Source: the human T2T-CHM13v2.0 reference genome, Homo sapiens. From it: 64,000 nt of DNA. Both the position numbers and the translations under genes were made by a program. Positions 54,816-64,000 of the stretch are shown here, piece after piece. Positions within the stretch are counted from its first letter, which is position 1. Each line of letters opens with the position of its first letter. The notes under the pieces are model-generated. The model had not been told where the DNA came from. It made no database searches and saw nothing but the letters and a program-made list of their open reading frames with translations. The stretch lies in NCBI RefSeq assembly GCF_009914755.1, contig NC_060933.1; one strand, given 5' to 3'.

Positions 54816-56945
54816 TAATATCAACTTATATGTTCCAAGGCAAAAACAATTTTTTATAACAGTAAAAGCCTTAAAATTGTAACTAGAATTTTATAATCCA
54901 AGAGTGCAATGGGTCTCTCAGCCCAGGCTCCAGCTACAGTTGTTTTGAAGACAGGCTTGAAAACAGATACCTCACCCAACCTCTGCCCAATAAAGACACC
55001 ATCCAATGAGCTACAGCAACAGAAATTCCTCAAACCTTGGACCTCGTGGGGCTTCACACGTTTCCCACTCAATCAACTTCCTCACTTAGGCCTATGGGCG
55101 AATACTTAAAAGAGATCAGTATCTCACCTTAAGAGGCCTATGACAACCAGTGAACAAATAACCGAATGACTCTTCAATCAGCACCCACCAACCCCTCCCA
55201 CTTGACAAAATGTGAAAGCGCAAAACAGAAAAAAGGTTTTCCCCTCAAGAATTCCTGTTTGATATACTGCCTTGACCTGTACCTAACAGTTCAAATCATG
55301 AAAATAAGAATCTTTTATGGTTACTGGGAAAATTTATCATAGTTTATCATATTCTGTCGGCTGGAGAGGAAGAAAAGACTTGGCCAGGTTCCTGCGGGAA
55401 AGATAGCCTGTCATATTTGCTGAGATTTATGTATGAAAAAGCATTCAGGATGATACTGTTGTGCAAGATGTCCCCCTCCTGCTCAGAGCTCCATCCATGC
55501 AAAGCGAATAGGAGGGGCTTCCCAAACTGCCCAGAGCTGAAGGTAAAGGAGGAACCAGAACGGGGGTGGAGGCAGGGGGAGGAGAGAAGACACTCAACTG
55601 CCATCATTTAAACCTCTTGATTATTTAAACTTCTGCAGAATAATGATTGCATATTTGAAGGAAATACATCTGTTCCTTTCCCTCCCCACCCCCATGTGGT
55701 TTTCTAATCCCGAGGTAATTACGTTTTGACAAAAATTTATTGGGACATCTGTTTTTTCCCTTAGATCTGCAGGTCACTGTGCGACTCTAACAGCAGCCCA
55801 GCAGAGAGCTGTGCTGGAGAAACCGAGCACAATGGCTGGCCAGGTCCAGGGCATGCACGCTGAGCAGGGGTTGAGTTGGAGACAGAAAGGGCAGGCCCTT
55901 GGTGCCACCAAGCCCACATCTTCTCATGTGTCACCTCGCTTGGTTCACCACAAGGGCTCAGCATGCGATTCTGGCCTAGGAGGGTGAAGAGTTCCAGGAT
56001 ATGGCAGAGGAGGAGAAGGAGGGGGGCTGGCTGGTAACAGGCTGGCAGTGTGCATCAAGAGCCAGGCATTTCCTAAGTTGGCATCCAATATAAAAATAAT
56101 TGATGGAGGGAAGGGGATGGGGGTGTAATGCACAGGCCATATGTTTGAAACCCCTGCCCATAATGGCTGGCTGCGGTTACCAGCGTCTGGTGCCACCAAC
56201 TACATTAAATTATGGTACCCTACGGAGGCACAGAAATCAGAAAGATTTCTCTTCCTTCCAGCATTTGTTAAAACATGGACCGACCTAGGAACTATACCCA
56301 CACATAAAACTTCTCTTTAAAAAAAAAAAAGTAGCTTCATTTTAGTCTACTCATTTTGGTGACAAAATCACCCAAACTTGCTAAATTATCTTTTTTCACA
56401 AATCTCAGTTCCCATAGGAAATGCCTGTATCAGAATTCTACAGGGAACACCTTTTCTCCATGTTTGAGTCTTCATAAGTTTATTCTCTGAGGTGTCCAGA
56501 CCAACATCTTGACCCAATGTTTGAAAAAGTGTCTGAGTGACTTGTCTTTGTGCCAAATGAAACTTTGAAACATTCTGAGATGTTTGTGCCATTAAGAATT
56601 TAATTGGGAATTTCAGCAATTAAAGTTCCATCTCCCTTTCCTCTGGCTTACTGATTAAAAAATAAATAGACAAAGTTATAACCCAGGTATTTCATTTTCA
56701 TAAAGACACCAAGCAACAGTCAACTAGTTTCTTTTTCCCGAAGAGTATCAAATGATCATTTCAATGGTTACATATAAATATCTACCTCTCCACACCAAAT
56801 TTAAGAAAATTAGATGCCTCTGGGTATAATAGAGCTTCTCTTCCACCAATGGATAAAAGACATGCTATTTCCTGAATTTCTTTACAAAGTACTAAGAGCA
56901 AATTCACAACTTTCAGATGAAAACACTGAGGCAGAGGCAAGTGCT

Positions 56946-57278
56946 TCCTGCCTCAATTGATCCTCCCACATCAACCTCTCAAAGTGCTGGGATTACAGGT
57001 GTGAGCCATCATGCCCACACAGCTTAAAATGAGTTTTTAAAGGGTGGAACTGAAGGATCTGAAGGGCTTTAAGAAATGCCCCTCCTTCCTAAGCCTCCTG
57101 AGTAGCTGAGACAACAGCTGTGTGTCACTGCACCCAGCTAATTTTTTTGTTTTAATTTTTTGTAGAGATACGGTCTTGCTATGTTGCCCAGACTGGTCTC
57201 TAACTCCTGGCCTCAAGTGATCCTCCCATGTCAACCTCTCAAAGTGCTGGGATTACAGATTTGAGCCATCATGCCCAC
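56946..57278 (-). mobile_element. Rearranged Alu (AluJ-like): partial Alu 57080-57278 plus duplicated 5' end 56946-57018
   Basis: Two copies of the Alu 5' end sharing private variants and flank. The Alu 3' end and tail are absent. Confidence 0.9.
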
Positions 57279-57399
57279 ACAGCTTAAAATGAGTTTTAAG
57301 GGGTGGAATAAGGAAGCTTAAGCAGGCCTCATTAAAGCTACGAGTCTTTTTTCTTTAATGTAAATTATAAGCTCAAAGGGAGTAAAACACTTTGGGGTA

Positions 57400-57803
57400 T
57401 GTCTTAGCTTGGCCTGCCATAACAAAATACCATAAATCTGGTGGCTAAACAACAAACATTTATTTCTCACAGTTCTGGAGTCTGGAAGCCCAAGATCAGG
57501 GTTGTCAGCATGGCTGGATTCTGGTGAGGGCCCTGGATTCTGGTGAGGGCCCTGGATTGAGGGCTCTGGTGAGGGCCTTGGATTGCAGATGCCCACCTTC
57601 TGGCTGTGTTCTCACATGGCAGAGAGAGGAAGTTCTGGTCTCTCTTCCTCTTCTTATAAGGACACCAGTCCCATTATGGGCCCAACCCTCACGATCTCAT
57701 ATGAACCCAATCACCTCCTGAGGGCCTTACCTCCCAATACCATCACACTGGGGGTTAGGGCTTTAAAATATGAAGTTTGGGAGGACACATTCAGTTCATA
57801 ACA
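57400..57803 (-). mobile_element. MaLR LTR (MLT1A-like) with internal 19-bp tandem repeat
   Basis: tgtcttagcttggcctgccataacaaaataccat..catttatttctcacagttctggag..cattcagttcataaca. Confidence 0.88.
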
Positions 57804-57874
57804 AGGTGTTTAAACTTTCCAACTGCAGAATTGAGGTTCAAGAAACATTAGACTATGTTTCATTTTTGAACTTG

Positions 57875-57937
57875 GATACAATATCCTAAATTTAGGATAT
57901 TCCTATATTACAATCTAGGAATATCCTAAATTGTATC
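57875..57937. repeat. Nested inverted repeat / palindrome
   Basis: Perfect 22-bp palindrome 57880-57901. 17-bp arms at 57889-57905 and 57916-57932. Outer arms gatacaat / attgtatc. Confidence 0.92.
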
Positions 57938-58639
57938 ATGGAACAGGGCACTCAAATTTTTTTTAAATAAATTTGTTCACTCTTTTTACACTATCGATTT
58001 TTTGCCAAAATATATAGAAAATGAATCATGGAAGCAGTACTAATCATGGTTCAAAAATTATAGAGGACAGATGTGTGTGTGTATGTGATGGGTGGTGGTG
58101 GTTAGTGTGTTCAATGTAGTTTGGAGGACGGCAATAAACATACTTATGGCTGTAACACTGGAAAATCAATCCTCAACACACACCGCTTATCTGCACACTC
58201 TAATCTGGGAGCTAAGAGTGTTGCATGCCTCATCTTCAGGTGACAATGTGCATGCATGCATTTGTGTACATGTGTGCTGTGTGTTGGGGTGGGGGTTACG
58301 TGGGATAGGAGTCTCCAAGACTCTCTTCTCTGTTGCTCTTCTAAGGCTTCACCTCAACAAAAGTTATAAACACTTCAAAATTAAACTGCCTAAAACCCAT
58401 TGTTCCACTCTTTCTTACTGCATCATTTATTCATAAATACACTCACAAAGCCCTTTTTTAACTAATATTTTTTTCTTTGTTTCTCCTCCAAAGCAGAGAA
58501 CTAGAACAAGAAGAAACTTCCAGGATTACAAATTTCAACTTTTTTAGGTTAGATCTTGCAGAAATACTGGGAGAGAGAATGGATTTTGACTTCTCACTTA
58601 AAAAGACAATATTAACAAGAGGTCCTAGAATCCATGCTA

Positions 58640-58970
58640 TTTCTCATGCTGTTTCTTGACATGCCATGCTGTCTTCTTCCACCTCTTTCCACCAAAATCC
58701 TCTCCCACATCCCTTAAGAAACAACTTAAACATCTCTCCCAAAAGCCTTTCCTAGCCCTCTCCCCTTTAGGGCTCACATAACATTTTTAGCTACCTCTCT
58801 GTGCGTCGGTTTCATTTTCCATAACATGAGAAGAACAATAGTACCATGGCATAATGAGAAATCTGTGTACCTTACAGTCTCCCATGCTGGACTGTACTTC
58901 CCCGTTCCTCAAGACATGGAATAGTACCAGGAACATTTAGATATTTAACAAATGATGGTTTCGCTGACTT
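58640..58970 (+). mobile_element. L2 3' fragment
   Basis: ccatgctatttct..aagcctttcctagcc..gtctcccatgctggactgta..tagatatttaacaaatg. Confidence 0.55.
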
Positions 58971-59059
58971 TAATAGAATATAACCAGGGAATTTCAAATG
59001 GCCAGGCAGATCTCCCCCACCCACCCTAATGGAAATGGCAAGGGATGCTGCTTATCCTT

Positions 59060-59250
59060 ATCTTGGAGGCAGTGTGAGGACTAAGGAGCACAGGACTGAG
59101 AATTAGCAAAGTGAGGTTTCAGCCCTGCCTCGGCTTCTCACTAGCTGCTTGGCACTGGGAAACTCACTCCACCTCTCTGGACCTCTCTGGTTTATCCTCA
59201 AGATGAAGGGGTAGGGCTAGGTGATCTTGGGCTCTGACACTACAGGACTC
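59060..59250 (+). mobile_element. MIR fragment
   Basis: ggaggcagtgtg..cactagctgcttggcactgggaaactcactccacctctctggacctc. Confidence 0.7.
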
Positions 59251-62019
59251 TCAGATAATTAAAACACCTGAACATTTTCTTCCCAGAGGCAGTTGGGCAG
59301 TCAGTCCTGCGCATCAGAGGCTGCTGCTCCCCAGGAAACAGCCAGCAGCCCAGGGGAGAATACTTGGTGCACAGGTCCCCCATTAGCATTTAGGTAAATT
59401 ACAGAAATCTGTGTACCTTACAGAGGAAAAAAATCTCCCGCTCCCAGATGAAAATAATCTGGTCCTTCTCAAGCCTATTTTCCTGTCGGTGACGTATTTG
59501 TAGTCACTGTTTCAATTTTCCATTTTGAGACATCATGGGGGCATCTTTTAACAAAAACAAGTTGCACCCAAACCCGCCAGCCTGCTTGGACGTGTTCAGA
59601 TGCACTCACTAGAACCCATGGGGTCTGCGCATGCGTCTGAGTGCTCTCACGAGTTCAGGCACACAAAAAAGCAGCAGCTGGATGGATGGTCTGCGGAGGG
59701 CTGAGCAGAGGGCCCTCTGCCAAACCCTGTTCCTTTAATTCACCTAAACACTGACCTTGAAAAATTGCCCTTTATGGGATGTGATGAGGTGTGAATTCAA
59801 TCTCCATCCTCACTTGGGTCCTATCATTTTCTGCGCTGTGATTGCCAGTTGTGCCAGACAACATCAACTGGACCGGCAGAGGGTTGGTGAGATTGACGAG
59901 GTCCTCCGGGGAAAGCTGAGAGCAAAAGGCCCTGCAAACTCATTTCAGTCATGGGCCTCTCTCTTGCCATATTTTTCTCCTTGGCTGCAATCAAACCAGC
60001 AAAGGCTGGTACTGGTTCAGTGGAATCACCCTTGCAGTTTAAGTATGCTGTCTTTGATTGTTGAGCAAAAGGAGTGTTCGTCTGAGACGAGGCTTTGGAA
60101 GGTTCTCTGTTCACCCCTTTCCTCCTTAAATTCTCAGGCTCATGACCCAAACCAACTCACTGCAAACTTACTCTGAGTGAGTAAGAGTGAGAGATAGGAG
60201 CAAGCATTCTGCAATTTTTCGTGGGCTCGAAGAATCAGATGCAGTCGATTTAACTTCATCAAATCACTGACAAGTGCTGATAGAGAAGATGGAAAATATG
60301 CAAGGCCAGAGAACAGCCAAAATCCTACAGTTTCTATCAGTATTAAAGCCAGATGTTCCACTGACTGTTCACATTTGATAAAACCCGATGACAAAGGCTT
60401 CTGCCTGGGATCTGTGGATCCCAGGTTCCATTCATCAGCGCGTGATTCATGTGGCTATACACCAGGCCAACTGGATAGCATTTAATGCAGCACTAGGCCT
60501 TCTGTGAAGACAAAACTGGTCCTGCTTTGTCTGTGGGCTTCTATAGGTTGTTGTGACTTGAACAGATCTGTTTACGCTACATTTGCTATGGCAACGTTTA
60601 TCTGATATGGACAAAAGATTCTTGAATTAATAACACTTGACTCAGGCCTATGATTCAACAAGAGGTATTGAAACCGTTTAAGTGAAGGCAATGTTTTCTC
60701 TGAAGCCAATTAATACAGCAACAAACCTTTGGCTGAAGTGATCCAAAGTGCAGCAAGTGTTACCATGTTCTGTAAACCATCAAGCTAACCCTGCAGTGAG
60801 TGACTGAAGAGGGAAAAAAGAAATAAATGCACATTCAGTTGGCATAAACCTCAGATCATAGCCCAGGCAATTTCACGTTTTAAGAGGGGACTTGCAGAGG
60901 TGGCTTTTGTTCATTCTGACAACACTTTTTTACCTCAGCTATTAAAGTGTACCCCTGAACACAGAAATGACTGTGAATTCACCTTCCAACCTTCTTTGCC
61001 GCCTTGACAATTGAAGGCTATAGCTGGCCCAGTCCTCCTTCAACCTGTCCCTGAGCTGTAGCCCCTACAGGGGTCCGGTGGCTTGATTTGATGGCAGATC
61101 TTTTCTGAGAAGCAGATGTAGCCCCAGGGGCTCAGGTAAATGGCTTTCCCTCCTTTCCCCCTAAAGCTCCCAAACAGAGGTTTCCTTTTCTTTCCTCCAT
61201 TGAAAAATTGCCAGCACTCTATACTGTACAGCTAACCCAAAAACAGGCAATGGAGAATGATGTTAATTTAAACTTCTGCCTTATTAAGTAACAAAACCCA
61301 GAAATAATGTGATCAAAGCCAAAAGACACAAACTTCTGCCATCTTTCTTGAGATAAAAGCAGTAAAACACCCATTAAATGAAGGAGGCTTGGACACTTAA
61401 TAAAAATAGCTAATTAAGTGTTGGAGTAACTTAGCATTTTGCCTCATGAGTCCTGCAATACTCAAGACTAGCCTGTATCCCTTCCAATCTCACTCCTTCC
61501 TGCTGTGGTTCAGGCCATCACATAATTCTTTTTTCGTTCCCTTCATTATGTGCCAGACTGTTGTATGTACTGGGAGTACAAAAGTGAACAGTAGACCAGA
61601 TTCTGGCTCTAGAGCAGCTTATACTAGTAGTAGTGGATTTGGTGAGCAGGACAGAACAAGCAGGTGTTAAATTCTTAGACAAAATAAATCAGCATAAGAA
61701 GAATGAATGGGGGTGGGAGGAGACAGGAGCTGCGTCTTGGCCATCTCATCAAAACCCTGAAATGCCCATAACCCCTCTCTTTTTGTGTGTCCTGTTACAG
61801 AGTCTATTTTTCAGTGGTGTGGGTGAATTCAGTGCTATACAAGTTTTCTTCTCTCCTCCTCCTCCTCTTCTTTTTCTTCTAGTCTGCAATATTTTTGAAA
61901 GTGCCTACAATACGCCAAGTATACAAAAAATAAAAGAGGCCCAGTGCTCAACCAATGAGGGCCCACCATCTGGCTATGAAGGCAGAAGTTCACATCAATA
62001 ACCCTGATCAGGATAAAGC

Positions 62020-62213
62020 TGTAGTTTCCTAACTTTGCCAGGTGACAGAGCTATGAGCGGTGAGTTTAAACTGCAGATGCCTGGAATCCACTCCAGATCC
62101 TGCCGAAATGAAGTAGTGTAGAGTGGGAGGGGGACAGAAACACTGGAATTTTAATCAACCCCCCCATTAATTTCAACGTATAACAAAAGTTGAGACAAAG
62201 ATTGAGATCTACA
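62020..62213. mobile_element. MER5-like hAT MITE
   Basis: gtagtttcctaacttt..aactgcagatgcctgg..cactccaga..attttaatcaacccccc..ttgagatctacag. Confidence 0.55.
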
Positions 62214-62829
62214 GTATCAAGGAAAACACACTGGACTTAAAGGGCAGAAGTTACTAAAGCTCCTTAGGACAGACCCACAGCCTTATTAGGTTTGGGATTC
62301 TGAGCTTAGAATAGTAGCTAGGCCCAGGTGCAACTCATTCAATGGAAACATTAATGAAAGAAGATATAAGTTCTAATCCAGAATAAATCTGGTCCAGGTT
62401 TCTGTATAATAAAAGAAATAGTATCACCTCTGATTAGTCTTGTGTAATTTAAATGAAATAAAATAAAATATGAAAGAACTATTATTGTATTTTGCACATA
62501 ATAGATGTTCTGAAATCGACGGTTTTCACTAGCCTTGGCTTCTTTCTATAGATCTAGATCATTGTGATAAATGCTGCAGTGGGATTTGAATTTCACTCCA
62601 ACTTTCCTTCAGTTTTTTTTTTTTTTTCCTATGAGCAGGAAAATATTTAAGAGAAAAGCATCCTTATTTCCCATTTTTCTTGCTAGTCAATACTAATGGA
62701 TGGATTTTTTTTCTTTTGCCTCCAGCCAATTTGATGAGAAAAGCACAGATAACACTCATCACTAGAAGCTGACTATATACACACTGGTAGCCAGGAAAAT
62801 CCTAGAAACATGGGCTAGATGGACTTTTC

Positions 62830-62940
62830 AGGATCAACTGACTCAACCCTTCTGTATTTTACATCACAAACCTGGGGGCCAGAGAAGGCAAGTAATTTGT
62901 CCACGGTCACAAAGCCAGCTAATGGCAGAGCTAAGACAAA
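62830..62940 (-). mobile_element. MIR fragment
   Basis: ggccagagaaggcaagtaatttgtccacggtcacaaagccagctaatggcagagct. Confidence 0.7.
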
Positions 62941-63608
62941 TACCTAATGAAATGATGATTTTCAGATTTTCTCTCTGTGGTCTTGCACCCCAAGGATCAT
63001 GAAGGAGATAGGGAGTGGGTGAAAAGAGTGGCGGGGTCCCTCCAGTCTTACTTCAACTAGAGAAAGTCAGCTTTTTATCTCTTTTGTATAGTTAAATGTC
63101 CTCAGTATAATTTCATTTGAAGACACAATTTTACCACTAAAGAGAATTGAAAAACCCTGCACTATACCACCCTGGAGTTTTTGTCACAGGTTGTATTATT
63201 TGTTTCCTTCCTACTACCTAACTCATTGCAACCATTATAAGAAAGCAATAAAACAATTGTACACATGGTGCTTGGAGCCTAGAGTTTCCATGTTATCTTC
63301 CATCCAAATGTCCTTCTTGCCTAAAATAAGATCAAAACATCACGAAGCTTTCACTGAACATGTACAAGAGAACAAATTAATACAAGAGACCCCATAGGTT
63401 TAAGATTCCAAGTGCTTAGGAGATAGTGAAAACCAAATAAGGGAAGTCTTCTCAAATATAGTGTTGTAGATTTGGAAATAATTAATTAGCTCTTCATTAT
63501 TAGAAAAGTATTTCAAATCTGCTTATGGTTAGAAGGTTAAGTCTTAAGGTTCCCCTTAAGACTTTTTAACCAAGATAAGTAAAATGTCTAGCTAGGATTA
63601 AAGGTAGA

Positions 63609-63927
63609 TGTGCCAGGGGCTGCTACTTGCTTACCCAATGGCCATTCTCTCCTTGTGAACAAACATCAGTTTTACTAAAGGAGGAAATGGGCTTATCCAA
63701 ATATGTATCCAACCTCCCTTGCAGTTGGGGGATGTCACGTGACCGTATTATGAGTAATGTGATAGGAGTATAAATGAGAGAAGGACTCCCGAAATATCTC
63801 TTAAAACAAAAATTGGCACATTTATTTTTGCCTTTTACTCACCCAGTTTTTCCTGTGTGAACATGGACATGATTGCTGGCATACCAGCAGTCACCTTGAG
63901 AGCAGGAGGATAGGAGTTATGCCCTAG
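63609..63927 (+). mobile_element. Old MaLR LTR (MLT1J/K-like), interrupted by Alu
   Basis: tgtg..gcttacccaat..cctcccttgcagttggggg..cacgtgac..gaacatggacatgattgctgg..cagcagtcaccttg. Confidence 0.7.
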
Positions 63928-64000
63928 GGCTGGGCGTGGTGGCTCACACCTGTAATCCCAGCACTTTGGGAGGACAAGGCAGGTGGATCACTTGAACCCA
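63928..64000 (+). mobile_element. Alu 5' end (cut by window edge)
   Basis: ggctgggcgtggtggctcacacctgtaatcccagcactttgggagg. Confidence 0.95.

Noticed and set aside
59757-60176. 139-aa ORF in unique DNA (likewise 21544-21984, 29656-30075, 61633-62001)
   Set aside because: Several use non-ATG starts, none resembles a known protein, and several overlap L2 remnants. Lengths are within chance expectation for 64 kb.

Overview
This window is primate (human-like) euchromatic non-coding DNA, either intergenic or deep intronic. I could not find any intact protein-coding gene or RNA gene, and the listed ORFs are repeat-derived or random. The content is a layered transposable-element landscape. It includes a decayed ERVL provirus (LTR16/HERV16-like, ~55-3595) carrying a perfect 5x48-bp VNTR, a solo LTR1-family LTR, MaLR LTRs (THE1, MLT1), a near full-length Tigger1 (35488-37849) and a Charlie/hAT transposase remnant. 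There are also many L2/MIR/L1M fragments, about 17 Alus, and an old processed RPL3 pseudogene (38153-39393, minus). The most interesting structure is a compound L1 insertion at 45475-46397. One 19-bp TSD pair encloses an L1PA3-like 3' end fused in register into an L1PA4-like 3' end at an internal TT/AAGA endonuclease site, followed by a short putative 3' transduction. Several local template-switch scars are also visible: a duplicated Alu end plus flank, nested palindromes, and dispersed exact repeats. Subfamily calls rest on recalled consensus sequences and need RepeatMasker/Dfam confirmation. I found no evidence for a new gene-encoded biological system.
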